Positions 11,501 through 24,500 are shown, numbered from the stretch's first letter. The stretch is 64,000 nucleotides of DNA from Phoronis australis (GCA_002633005.1 NMRA01000123.1:708656-772655); one strand, 5' to 3'. Made by a program: numbers and translations. Notes: generated by a model not told the origin, from the letters alone.

Positions 11501-14500
11501 TGTCTCAGACACATGGATTAGATGTTTCCTGTCTTCTAATCTCAACACTTATGTTACTATCCGATAAAGTCCTAACAGTGATGTCTCCTGTACATGTTAT
11601 CAGTGCAACACACAGGCTGTTGCTGAATATGCATTTTCAAAAGTTCACCAGCAAAACTGCATTGTTTTGGACTTCCTAATAATGCCATGTTTGATTACCA
11701 TGTTACTGATTATTGTAAACCTGTGTATCTTGTTAGAACAAGGGCTAAAATGGCGGTAGTTTTTGTGACGAAAGGAGCTTTCTTTACTTGGCAAATAGTC
11801 AAATCGAGATTTTAATTAAAATATGTTCTTGTTAATTTAGGCAATTGTTAGCTTAAGGGTTTAATAACTAAAGGTTCTTGTCAGGATGTGTAATATATAC
11901 AAAGTACTTGCTTTAAGGGGAGAGAATTTTTTACAAAAACCTGTTTTCACAAAACATTTCAATTGTATCGTGACATTCTTTTTATAAATTGTAAAAGAAG
12001 GAATTTGTCGTTCATATCTTGTCTAGATTTTTATTTGTCGTGCCAGTGTATTCCTCTCAACTGTGATGATCTATGTGTGTTGATGGCGTAAGATCAGTTG
12101 GGTATTTTTATTTTGAAAAACACCTGTTACGTGTGACAGATATTGATGACTTTTCTGCAGTGTAAATTAGCGATGTAAGTCTTATGATTTCAAATATGAT
12201 TGTGGAACATTGTATAGTTTTGAACAGATTCTTGTTATTAGAACGTTCTGCAACAGATTTATATCAGGACCCAGGGCCTAATCTCTGATCTTAAGACTCG
12301 ACTCAAACTTAACTCAAACTGGACTCCAACCTTACTCAGACTCTACTCAGACATGACTCACACTTGGCTCCAACCTGACTCAGCCTCCACTCAGACTCAA
12401 CTCGGACTCAACTCGGACTCAACTCGGACTCAACCCGGACTCAACTCGGACTCAACCCAGACTCTACTCAGACTCAACTTATACTCCACTCAGACTCAAC
12501 TCAGACTCGACTCGGACTCAACTCAGACTCCACCCAGACTCTACTCAGACCGACCTAGACTCTACTCAAACTCGGACTCGACCCAGACTCTACTCGTACT
12601 CTTGTCAGACTCTACTCAGACTCAACTCGGGCTTGACTCAGACTCAAAGCTTAACCAATCATCCAGTTGCATTACTTGAGTACAAATTAGAAAATCAACT
12701 CATTGCTTACATGTCATGCAGCTCCTCAATTCTAGTTGAGTTTTTAGATTCCAGGTCCCAGACCCGGGGTCTAATCTTTTTACTCAAATTCAAAAATATT
12801 TTTCACAATTTCCGTTGTCTGTTAATACAAACTTAAGGTAATCAGTTATTATTCTGATTTCGAGTATATCGTGGTTTAAGCAGGTGAGTGTCTTGTCCAA
12901 GTTTGCTGTTGATCATCGCAGGATTCAAGTAGTTCATCTAGTGCAAAATAGGAGTACATAATCAACCATGTAAACCATAATATTCTCGAGCATGGTATAA
13001 TAGACAATTATCTTGAGTTCGCATCGAAGTGGAACGGAAAATACCAAAAGTAATCTCGAGTTCGAGTAAAAAAATTAGACCCCAGGGCCCAGATGTTATC
13101 TGCATGTCATATGTTATTTCACAGTCACCCTGCCACTGTTGTAGTCTACGATATGTCCGCAAAATGAGAGTTGTATATTTTGCCTAATGTCATATCCTTG
13201 GTCTACGGTGATATAAAAGTTGTACAACAAATTTTATGTACAAACACCTCCAACAAACTTAGTGTCCTCTTTGCCGTTGTCTCTCTGAAACGTAACAATG
13301 ACTAAAATGTAAATGTTGTAATGAACTAGGCATGGACTTAATTATACTTACTCCAGGTCCATTCCTACTGACCAATCTCCTGGTGGAGTACCTGCGTGCA
13401 GCTGGTCAGTTCACGGGGGATGCACGCATCATCAACATTACCTGTAACGAGCATGATCTGGAAAAGGGGGGCAGGGCTGCCAGAGGTGAGAATTATGTAT
13501 TAAACAATAATGGCAGTTTGAAGCTGCAAAACATGTTCCTGGCAGTGTTTGTCGTCAGAACAACCAACTTTGAAACTGAACATTTGCTGGTATTTAATAA
13601 GCCGCAGCTTATTCCTCACAAGGGATTTTATTCGAGGTTTCTGTACGTGGTTACATGAAACAGTCCCAAATAGGGGAACTGGAGTCCCTATTTGAGAAGA
13701 GCTGGCAAAACGTTTATACTTAGGACTGAAGTCTCAAAGTGGTCCAGCATAGGTCTGTTTCATTGGCTGTCTGGGAGCCTTGTTGGTGTGGTGAGAATTT
13801 TGTTGATTCCAGCTGTGTCAATAGTTTTTGTTTTGTCAATGATTATAAAGTCACTGACTCCCTGATACTCATTGAATAGAACTGTTCTGTCTGATTTGTA
13901 GAACATAAACACTTGTCAAACATGTCAGTTGCAAGGTAGGTTATAATGTTTGTTACATGTTTTGTTGGTTAGAAGTGTTATGCAAAATTGGTTAAATTCA
14001 CAACGCTTGTCGTTGTTAACTGTCTTTATTCCATTCCATTCGTATCCTCAGAACAAAGTTTGCCATTCCACACAACATTGGTGAAGTAACTGACCATGAG
14101 GCATGATTAAAAGACACATGGAATTTCGAAACAAAATTGTGTTTGGAAATACCATGCGTCTTAATCGTGTCTCTTGGTCAGTTGCTTCACCAATGTTGTG
14201 TGGAATGTCAAACTTTGTTCCGAGGATACGAACGGAATGGAATAAAGACAGTTAACAACGACAAGCGTTGTGAATTTAACCAATTTTGCATAACAGAAAA
14301 CGTGCTACCCAAGTACAGCAAGTTCAAGTTCGAAGTAATAGATAATAAAATCTTTAAATATGGTGTGATGGAAATTGTGAAAGTTTGGGACAAGCGTGTA
14401 TGTGTAAAATGGTGGCATCATGGAGACAGGCACTCAGGTATCTCTGCCCCATTATTATTTATCTTCCTATGGTCTACATGGCATCCATATCCAGCTCGAA

Positions 14501-16628
14501 TTCGTTTCATTAATACATTTCGCAAAAATAAGTTAAACTTTAGACCATCATTTTAGGTTTAGTTTAATTTGTTTTCCTGTTAAATTCTGTTACAGCTGGG
14601 GTCTGCTTCGTGAATTGTGATGGAAGTTAGAACTTTGGTCTTAAGTTCCAATTTCACAATTACTCCATAAAGGTTAAAGGTTATCATATAATTATTAGCA
14701 CGTCAAGGCCTAGAAATAATTTATTGAAATTATACTTAGCAGTTATGTGTATACTTTACACTTTTGCTCGAGTGTGATTTAATGTTTTTTCAGAAATAAT
14801 TATAGCATAAGGTCAATTTTTTTGCTTAATAAGTCTTTAATCACTTTTCATGAAAGAGGTCCCAGATATCCGTAACGCTCGTTCATTCTGGAAAAATGTC
14901 ACGCCAGTTAATTCTTATTCACATGGCAAGTTCTGCGTTCACTGTTAGTAACAAAAATCTATTGCGTAATTTAATTTGCAGACGCCACATTCCTTGATGT
15001 CAAGAATTTTCAGCTTAATAAGGAAGGAACTTATAGCGCCACTCAGGCGTACAAGAACGCTAAGCTATGCATGGTTCTGTTCACCTATCAATTGGCTGAG
15101 AAGCTCCGAGGATCTTACGTCACTGTGAATGCCGTCAACCCAGGTGGGTGAGCTTGTGATTTCAATGCCTTTTTATTTTGTTACGATAGTCTGTTCACTT
15201 GAGCATCAGATTTAATTCACAGTTATGCAAGCTGTCCTTACATGGCGAATGTTAGTGTAGAATTTTACACTTTTTTTAAAGCGACCTTCCATCAAAAATA
15301 GGACGTTTTTAAGCCATTTACTGTTATAAAACTTGAGATTGTCTCAATTTGTTCTTTACTGAGATTGGAAGTAATTTCTGTTCCTGTGACGAACTGACAG
15401 TTCATTGTACTGAGCATGTAAAATAACACGCTTGAAGTTTGTGGGCCTGGGAAGATAAATCGCTCTTTAGTGCTTGAAACTAAATTAAATTAGAATGATA
15501 TGGGCTATAGAATGTGTCAAACATAGCGTGTCTTGATGTCACAAGCACTTTAAAATGCAGACAATGTCAATTCTTTTATGTTCACTATGATCTGTGCTCA
15601 GGTGTGTGTCCAACAACAAGGCTCAATCGTCATGGTAACCAGGTTAAAGAGAGGTTTAACATCTGTTGTCTCCATCACATTCTACGACCAGCTAAACTGA
15701 CGAAGAAGGCGAGGAAGGCCGGTGAAGAGATTGCCAGTTTGGCAATGAGCGATAAATACCAAGGTTAGAATGAACATAAAACTAAATGAATTATGTAGAA
15801 TGAGAGAAATGAATTTAAAAAAATCAGTGGTAACTCATTGTTGTAAATGGTATGGGTAGATGTGAAAATTGCAAAGATAAGTTAGAATAATAGAAATTAT
15901 TTTAGATTGCCCAAGTCATTATGTTGAAGATGAAATGTTGTCACAGATGTTTAATGTCTCAGATATTTTTAAAAATGTCTCTGTTGTGTGTACTGTTAGC
16001 CATTTAAACGACTCATGTACTATTTGTTTTTGTAATAGTGAACTTCAAATTGCTGGGCTGGAGTTTGGTGAATAAGATGGCTGATTTAAATTGATTTTTT
16101 GTATTTTGTACATAGATCATGGTCTTTAATTCTGATCCCAAAAGCCCACCCCCTCCCAAAGTCGCTTGTCCCTGCTTTCTCAAACAGTAATCATGAAAAA
16201 AGTTAATTCATGTTTCCAGAAAAATGTTTCCAGAAAAATCTAACTGGTTTTTTGTTAGAAAATGTAAAGATATTTGGCTTTGAGAATTTTTGTGCGTTGA
16301 TCGAAGTTCATTGAATAAATTACAAAAAATTTGAATTAATTTTAATGAATTTTAGTGGCCTTTTTTGCCAAACTTGTGCTACGCAACTTAAAAGAACCAA
16401 CTAACTGAGTTGTCTATGTCCTGCTTTTTCACATTTCCAGGAAAAAATGGCAAATACTTTGAAAATGGTGTGGAAGAGCGGTCATCTGTTGAATCGTACG
16501 ACATAGATCTCCAACAGGAGGTGTGGAAGATCGCTGAGAAGTTGACCGGACTGAGAGTTGACCAGGACTTTGATGACATCAGTCTGCAGCCAGATGAAAC
16601 AGACGAGCTGGTTGGTCCAAAGGTCTGA
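5533..16628 (+). CDS. Short-chain dehydrogenase/reductase, retinol dehydrogenase (RDH11-14/DHRSX)-like; spliced gene, 7 coding exons, ~339 aa
   Basis: Exons 5533-5554, 6190-6374, 8566-8737, 13357-13485, 14982-15143, 15602-15763 and 16441-16628 join in frame via GT-AG introns (1020 nt). Motifs: TGANSGIG (Rossmann), ACRD, LDLSS, LVNNAG, TNFLGPFLLT, YKNAK (YxxxK), VNAVNPG, GKYF. Confidence 0.9.
6190..6374 (+). CDS. SDR exon with nucleotide-binding motif TGANSGIG
   Basis: TTTTCAG acceptor, ATG|GTGGGT donor; encodes EMTGRVAIVTGANSGIGYHIARYLCEGGNDVVLACRD... Confidence 0.92.
8566..8737 (+). CDS. SDR exon (LDLSS...NNAG...TNFL)
   Basis: TTTCACAG acceptor, TTAG|GTACG donor, conserved SDR motifs. Confidence 0.92.
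8971..9437 (+). mobile_element. Non-autonomous DNA transposon (CAGGG terminus), truncated by assembly gap
   Basis: Highly similar reverse-complement copy of the element at 49805-50296. Confidence 0.85.
9438..10123. other. Assembly gap (N run)
   Basis: Run of N. Confidence 1.
12296..12647. repeat. Degenerate pentanucleotide microsatellite (ACTCA/ACTCG/GACTC)
   Basis: Directly visible tandem 5-mers. Confidence 0.9.
12765..13087. mobile_element. MITE-like element
   Basis: Imperfect terminal inverted repeats GGGGTCTAATYTTTTTACTCRAA / TTCGAGTAAAAAAATTAGACCCC. Confidence 0.6.
13357..13485 (+). CDS. SDR exon (GPFLLTNLL...ARIINITC)
   Basis: CTCCAG acceptor, GAG|GTGAG donor, phase 1-1. Confidence 0.9.
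13976..14295. repeat. ~320-bp near-perfect inverted repeat (hairpin) in an SDR intron
   Basis: Arms of ~155 bp (TGTTATGCAAAATTGGTTAAATTC... / ...GAATTTAACCAATTTTGCATAACA) with a loop of a few bases near 14135. Confidence 0.92.
14982..15143 (+). CDS. SDR exon with catalytic YKNAK motif
   Basis: TTTGCAG acceptor, CCAG|GTGGGT donor; encodes ATFLDVKNFQLNKEGTYSATQAYKNAKLCMVLFTYQLAEKLRGSYVTVNAVNP. Not represented in the ORF track. Confidence 0.92.
15602..15763 (+). CDS. SDR exon (GVCPTTRLNRH...SDKYQ)
   Basis: GCTCAG acceptor, CAAG|GTTAG donor, in frame. Confidence 0.88.
16441..16628 (+). CDS. SDR terminal coding exon (GKNGKYF...GPKV*)
   Basis: TTTCCAG acceptor; the GKYF...SYD..LQ..VW...EKLTG pattern typical of RDH-type C-termini; TGA at 16626-16628. 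Confidence 0.9.
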
Positions 16629-18644
16629 GGTTATAGATTATAGATTAACGAAAGAGCATTGTGCTTGACAACTGCTTGGGTTTTCATTAAGATGGGAATT
16701 TGAGACCGTGTGTCAGCCGCTATTGAGTGAGTGGTGATTTCTGTCACTAATTAGCATTAGTGTTTTATTTGTGTAGAAGTTCTGTTCACTAACTTGTCTT
16801 GTGCACTGAAATGTGTCACTAAAAAGTGTTAATAATAGCATTGTTTTTATAATTTTAGTGACATTTTAGTTTTGAGCAATGGAAAGTTTCAGTGGACTTA
16901 CCGAAATGTAACACACTGGCTCTAGATCTAATTCTGACCTTGATATGATTTTATACTCACCATGTCGTCACCTGGAAGTTCTAAATATTCAGTATTATTG
17001 AACTCGATATGATCTGCAAACTATGTAATCCAATTACTACCTGTTTGTTACATTTTCTGAGTCAAAGCCAGCAAAATATACCCCGAGATGCATTTTGTTG
17101 AACCAGCTATGTTTTTGTCATAAGAGCTGAACTCCAAGATGATTAATATCAATGTCTGTGGCCAACAATTGTAAGCTAGAGTGAGAAGAGACTCTCAGTG
17201 TGAGATTGTAGGTATGGTACAATGACAGAGGTGACTCAAACAAAACAATCCTTTAACAGAAGAAAACACTTCCACATTATTGGTTTGCAGTCATAGCTTG
17301 TTCATTTTCAGTGGTTTGCGAGGAGAACTACTGTTCATGCAAATGTTCTGTGTATTGCATGAGGCTTAAGATACATGTACAATGAGGTGTGTTCATGGTT
17401 CAATGCCCAACTGAGTAGCTTTAACTATAAAAATTGTAGTTGCTCAAAGGGTGTATATTGCTACGTTTTGTTGTACAGTTCAAGAATTTTGTAGCTCAGA
17501 TATCTAGAGCATGGCTGGCGGTAAATCTGGGTTGCTGACCTCGTGTGGCCGGTGACAACTTGCCTTTCCCTTGACACCCAGGTGCCACCTGGTGGCCACC
17601 CTTTCAACAAAATGTTTGTAAGTGTACTGTATTCAGTATGTAGTCATGCGCAACTGTGAGGAATTGACACTTACATGTATGTAACTGAAACACATTGTAA
17701 ACTGTACTGTGCGGTGTTTTTGATGTTTTGGTCTGGATGTGTTTTGTATGTCTTTCATTATTTTATTCGGTGCAGAATAGATAATGTAGAGACAGAGTGC
17801 ATTTTGTTTCTGATTATGCAGTTTTAAATCAAATCTTATGCCATGGAGGCTTTTCCTGTTATTTTGTAAAGTTTTTCATTTTTGCTGACACTCACATGGT
17901 TGCTTTATTTTAAGAAATGCTTTGCTTCAATTAAGACGACACGAGAAAAATTACATGATGCACAAATGAAAAATGACACCTTTGTGTTAGTGTGCTTTAA
18001 GAATTTGAGCTTTTTATTGGGTACTCAGTATGCAAATGAAGTGACCTTTAATCTTTGACCAAAAGTGTACTGACATTACAGTAGTGTCAATTTAAGAACA
18101 ACAGCTTCCTGATATGACAAGGACTTGAGATTTGTCAATCATGTTTTGTAGCAAGGGTGACAAATTAGTGCACTTAACACATTTGGAAGGGAGTCTTGAA
18201 TTTCACAGACAAGCATTGTCACGGTATATTATCAGTGTCCAGTAGCAGTTGGCTAAACTCTTTTAGAAGGCGTGGTCACTTATTTGTTTGTTGGTGCTAT
18301 ATGCCAAGTAGGTATAATTAATTATCGACCATTTATTGCATTTAATGCTGTGGAGTCTTATTCTAGTACGTGTCAGTGTTGTTGTGGTATGCAGTGTAGA
18401 TTTTAGCTTCTATTTTTACAGCGTTGACAACTTCCTTACAACATGTAGATAATGGCTGTTGTTTACAAATGATATGTGTACAGTATCAAAACAGATTTGC
18501 TGCTTGTATTACATAGATACGGCTCTAAATGCCGAGGTACATATCGATTGTACAATGTCTTCCCTTCCAGTCAGTGCCATTTTGTTAACAAGACATTAAA
18601 TGTTCGTGAAATTCGTATATTGTGCATGAGATATGTTGTAATAA

Positions 18645-18830
18645 GTCTGTATTCTGTGTCCAGTGAGTATTGAACTGCGGTGAGTGATCAGTAGTTGGTC
18701 ACAAGCCCTGCATTCTTTACATAGCTATCTCAATACGTCTGTACTCCGTGTCCACTGACTGTTTAACTGTCAGTGGTAAGTGATCAGCAGTTGGTCACAA
18801 GCCCTGCATTCTATACATAGCTATCTCAAT
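18645..18830. repeat. Two-copy ~95-bp direct repeat
   Basis: GTGATCAG.AGTTGGTCACAAGCCCTGCATTCT.TACATAGCTATCTCAAT occurs twice. Confidence 0.8.
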
Positions 18831-21481
18831 TGTGGAAGACGTGCGAATCCAAACGGAGTGAAAACAAGTGATACTAAACGATTAACTTTATTATAAACTG
18901 TGATTACGTACTCTGTGTTGTATAAAATTAAAATATGAACAACTCACTATTGTCTTACTCTATACAAACGCTTCAACAATGTAATGTACAGTGTAATGTA
19001 CTTGATATGTTGGCCACTTAACAGATAATCTCAATAAGTGTTATGTCGAGTAGTTGGGTGCTGCTAAAGTCTTGCATGGTTTCCAAAGGCAGAATTGAAG
19101 TGCTCTTTCAGCAGTTCTTGTATGGTGGCAGAACGGTGGGCCAAAACACACAGAAATTGCACAGACAAAGTTCCTTGCCTAAGAAAACAAATTTGAGAAA
19201 GTAATAACAGAAACTAAACTTTTACTCATTACGTGGATGCGCAGTGAACAGTGGGTTGCCATAGAAACATTTCAACATTGTTTTATACGTGAGTAACAGT
19301 TTAGCTTCTTTTAATATTTGTGAACAACAGTGGACAAGCTTTCGTCAAAACTTGAGTAATGTTTTATGAATGTGAGAGCATAACAAATCATACTGGCTTG
19401 GTTTACCTGAAACAAGTTCATGCATTTGTACTTGTGCTATGCAATCCTGAACCGATATAAAGCCTTCGTAGCAAGATTCGTGATATCCCTGTCACCACCA
19501 AAGCTACAATATTCTGTAACACTTGTAAACTCTCAAGTTAATAATCATAGGCCAGAGCCAGAACTACCACACCGAAAACCAGTTCACTTATGATTTAATG
19601 CACGTGCTGCCAGAGAAACCACATAACTAGCATACTATCAATTTGTCGTCCCTGGAGCTAAGCAAAACCACATAACTTTTAGAAGTATCATGTCAAATTC
19701 ATAGCTGTTAGTTGACTAAATAACTTGCATTGAAACCACACAATAAGAGCAGTATCCACAAGTTAGTCAAAGATGAAGTACAATTTTTTATATAAAACTT
19801 GCATATTAAGTACATGTAAGACATGCCTAACAAAATACCGTGGTGAGCCTGTTTTAGTTCGTGCATTCCTCCATAAAGAATAAGTTGGATTGCACCTTGC
19901 ACGCAGTTTCTTGGTACGCTTCGATCCGACTTTAATAGCGAGTTTTATTGTAATTGACAATGAAACATTGACAATGTCCACTCATCTTGCCTAGATCTAA
20001 CCTGGGTGAAATTATTGACAGTGAAACCACACAATATATTGCCTAGGTCAAAGTTGGAAAAATACTCGATAGGGAAACCACATAACATCAACGCTACCCA
20101 CTTCTCTTTCCTAGATCTAAGTTTATGGCGAAAAAAATGGGCTCCATTCTATGGAAGTCGCAAAGTTTAATTGTTGGCATGACGTCAACAGCATTTTTAT
20201 TTCGGTCTATATTAAGACTAAAATAATTTCATGAAATGGAGCGCAGGTAGCGAAATAACATAACTTGGCCAGTATCCAAGCGTCATTCCTAGACCCGAGT
20301 TCTTTGCGAAATAACTGATGGCGAAACCCCGGAACTTGGACAGAACAGAATCTTTTTCCCTAGATCAAACTTGACAGAATACTTGACTGTAAAACGACAT
20401 AACATTAGCAGTATACACTTATGGGTCCTAGATCAAAGTTGACAAAATAATGTTCTCATTGTGCCACAAGATACAAATGTTGCATAATAACACTAAACAA
20501 TCTTAAAGGCACACTGTGACGTTGTACAATATCACGTTGTCTAATAAATGGCAGCTTTATGAAACAGCGGATAGCTCCGTTGACCAGCGGAATGTTTGAC
20601 TCGTCTATCTTTATTCAAAATGCAACAGCAAATTACCGTTTTCAACCACCGACTATCTGTACAACGTCGAGACTACAAACAGATCAGTGGGAATGAGCTT
20701 AACATTTTGAGCAAATATTAAAATTACTTGTCTTGTACATTTGTCAATACAACTAGAATGAAATATGAGCTCTGGTATTAGTGACCATAGGCTTGGTAAC
20801 CATGACGACGTTTTCCTCTTAAAGTGATTACATGATAGAACTAACCACTGCCATTGGACGGATAATAAAACAAGATTGTTCCAGTATTTAGAACTCAGTA
20901 TTAAATAAATACAAAATATAAAGAATGACAAAAATAAATAAATATGGTGTTACAATAATAATACTAATTAAAACATACTGATGATGACATTTCACTCTAC
21001 CCTACAGTCTTTAAGTAAAAAATTGATTGCATCTAAAATAAGCAGGCCCAACTAATTAAAACTAACGACACACTATTTGCACAATAAAATGCTCGGTGTT
21101 AAAATTCTACGAACACATTGCTAAGTTCCTACATGCTATTCAGTATTAATTCTATGTGCAAACGCTATATGTTCAATCTTTGCAATGATGTGGACTCTAA
21201 CATTCCCTAATGAAAACGGATGAATAGAAAACAGTAATTAATAACAAAGAGAATAAAAGTTAAAATGCAATTAATTGAACTCTCATACACAACGCTTGAA
21301 AACCAGATTGACACAGTTTTTAAAAATGAATCTCCAACAAACACGATGCTATATACAATGAATAATATCAAATCAATAAATTTTTGATCTACAACCCTTC
21401 CTTGACGCACACTTCCACAGTGTGTGTCTACTTGTCATTTCCATGACCCTCATTGAGTACAGCGCCACTCACGAGCTCAAG

Positions 21482-21570
21482 TCACACAAAGTATTTCCTG
21501 TTCAGGGGGTTGGACATGAGATAGCTGTCGTCTTTACTTTTCCTTATGGGGGATATGTCCACTCTCGGAG
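21482..21570 (-). CDS. ANKRD26: ANKRD26-like terminal coding exon (...NPLNRKYFV*)
   Basis: TTCCAG acceptor and in-frame TGA; the C-terminus resembles recalled ANKRD26 KKNYMI. Confidence 0.85.
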
Positions 21571-24500
21571 CTGGAAGTATGAATAAGCAGGTCACTCACA
21601 CAATGGCAGCAACATGGCAAATAAGCATCATGCTAAGAAGAACTGATCAAAGCTAGGGATGAAGAAGTTTTGGTTTAGAATTTAATTAATAAAACTGGGC
21701 AGACAGGGAGCAAAATGCCAAGGAGGACACATTTTGAAGGGAACTTTTATCAGAAAGAGCAAGAACGCAATGTCAAGTGTCTGACTGAACATTTGTTATG
21801 GTGGCAAAGTTATTATAAGTTCATACTAGACAGAATGAATGTACCACTAAAGCTTGTAATGAGAATGTTGGACCATTACCGGAGTTCACAATCATATGAA
21901 ATATGTTTGTTGCAAAAATGAAAATTCATTTGCCATGAACTAAAACTACCAATTATCCATTCTTAGATAAAATGAAACCAGGCTTAATCTTCTAAGCTTA
22001 GGTTTTGAGGGGAATAACATGATGTTCTGTTTTGAGGGGAATAATATGATGTTCTGTTGTGAGGAGAATAATACGATGTTCTGTTTTGAGGAGAATAATA
22101 CGATGCTCTGTTTTGAGGAGAATAATACGATGTTCTGTTTTGAGGGGAATAATACGATGTTCTGTTTTGAGGAGAATAATACGATGTTCTGTTTTGAGGG
22201 AAATAATATGATGTTCTGTTTTGAGGAGAATAATACGATGTTCTGTTTTGAGAATAATACGATGTTCTGTTTTGAGGGAAATAATATGATGTTCTGTTTT
22301 GAGGAGAATAATATGATGTTCTGTTTTGAGGGGAATATTACAATGTTCTGTTTTGAGGAGAATAATACGATGTTCTGTTTTGAGGGGAATAATACGATGT
22401 TCTGTTGTGAGGGGAATAATACGATGTTCTGTTTTTTACAACTTGATCATGCTGACTGAGAACAGAAATGAGTTGAAACAAGGCTGAGATTCGAACACCA
22501 TAACGTAAGTCAACAAATTAGATGAAATTCAGAATATTCAATAACTACTCACTGGACTCCAGATGTTTAGCGATGCTCCTATCAAGTTCCTTGGTCAGTT
22601 TTTGACTAAGCGAGTTGTTCAATCCATGACTGAATGGTTTTGTCAGGGGTGTTGATGCTGGCTGCAGCCACGAGGGAGCAGCCCCTGCCCCAAGCAGCAT
22701 GTTGCGCTGTCTTTCAAATCTGCAGGAAAATCAAACATGACTTAGCCCAATGGGCTTGATTTGGATGATCAAATAAAGCTTTCACACACACAGACACACA
22801 AATGGCTCATAAGCCACAAATATTTTTGTGAGTTGTACTAGAAAATCCCAAGTTCAAATCCACCAAATTAAAATAAATGCTTCCGATAGTTTCTGGGCTA
22901 AAATGTTTCATCAAATATCAAAAAAAAATCACTTTTGCCAGTACCCATACTTCACTTGAGTGTAACAAACGTTTTGATGTCCAGTGTGGGCCTGAAGCAC
23001 ATAATTTTCTTGACCAAATTTGAACTGTGAAACCACATAGTCCCATCTTGTACTCACGACAGCTCCATGGAGGCAGCTGCACTCTTATCATTGGCCTTGG
23101 ACAACTTGTCAACAAGCCTCTCTCTCAGCTTTGTCTCATTCTCGTATAGCTCCTTGTACTTGCGTGCCTCCATGTCCGTCGTCTCTCTCTTGGCCAGTGA
23201 CTCGGAGTATGACTTGCGTAGGTTTGACACCTCATCCATCAAGTTCTTACGTGTCGTCTCCAGCTCAGTCTTCATCGCCAGTTCATTGTTCAGTCGCACC
23301 TGAAGATAACGCGTGATCATGATACATCAAAGCAACACTGTCACATCTCAAGGTAGCATGCGGTCATGATACACCAAGACAACACTGTCACATCTGAAGG
23401 TAGCATGCGGTCATGATACACTAAGACAACATTGTCACATCTGAAGGTGACAATGGTCATGATACACCAAGACAACACTGTCACATCTGAAGGTAGCATG
23501 CGGTCATGATACACTAAGACAACATTGTCACATCTGAAGGTGACAATGGTCATGATACACCAAGACAACACTGTCACATCTGAAGGTAACACACGGTCAT
23601 GATGCACTAACACAACATTTGTCACATCATTCACAGTCAGTACTAGGACTCGTTGCCAAATTCAGTTCTTTCTGTAGACTGACCATAGATACATATAATA
23701 ATACCCCTGCCACACCAGTTAACCCTCGTCCAACGTTTCCAAACTCTTGGCCTACTCCTCCAGTTAGATATCAAAACCAGTCAACTTTACGCAGTCCATG
23801 TTACTCTGCCTTCCTACACTACCACTACCACCCACCTTATCCAACTTCTCTTTGATCTTAGCTCATTCATCACAGTCTTCCTCTGGAACAACTGCCACCT
23901 CTAAGAATAAATGCCCCTTTTCATTTATAAAAGCCCCCCCCCCTTTAATTACCTACCACTCACCCCGTTCAATTTTTCTTTGGTTTTAGCTCATTCATAC
24001 ATTTTGATACTACCAACTTCCTCTGTAACGGTCTCATCTCCACCAATTAATGCCCCTTAAGGTTATCTAGGACCCTTATGATGTCAACTCTAAGTCAAAT
24101 ATCGAAAACACTATACTTTGTCAAATAAACTTAGAAAATAAATCCGAAACTAAAAGTGATCCATTTTTGTCGTTTTATTTACGTAAATAAATTGTATTTT
24201 AGTATACTTTGTCAATGATTAAAAGTATGTAGAATAATTATATTTTCTGAAAGAAGAAGCATTGAGGATTCTAAAAATATGGTTTTTACTACAGCTGTGT
24301 ATTTATTATTGGAACATCATGTTTTTAATCATGTGAAAGAAAAGTACATTCATAGCAAAATAACCCCTCCTCCCAGCCGATTTTACTAAATATTTAAATG
24401 AAGACTTTACGTTATGTCTCTCAAAAACGCATTTGTGTAAAAAAACAGCAGTCTTATTGCTCGGTACAAGAAAAACTAAACATTTTATAGTTAATTCCTA

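Noticed and set aside
12353-12679. 108-aa S/T/Q/D-rich ORF
   Set aside because: Translation of a pentamer microsatellite.
14137-14556. 139-aa ORF
   Set aside because: It overlaps the hairpin arm inside an SDR intron, with no recognisable protein features.
22019-22459. 146-aa ORF of MFCFEENNT repeats
   Set aside because: Translation of a 27-bp intronic minisatellite, antisense to the host gene, with no splice or codon evidence.
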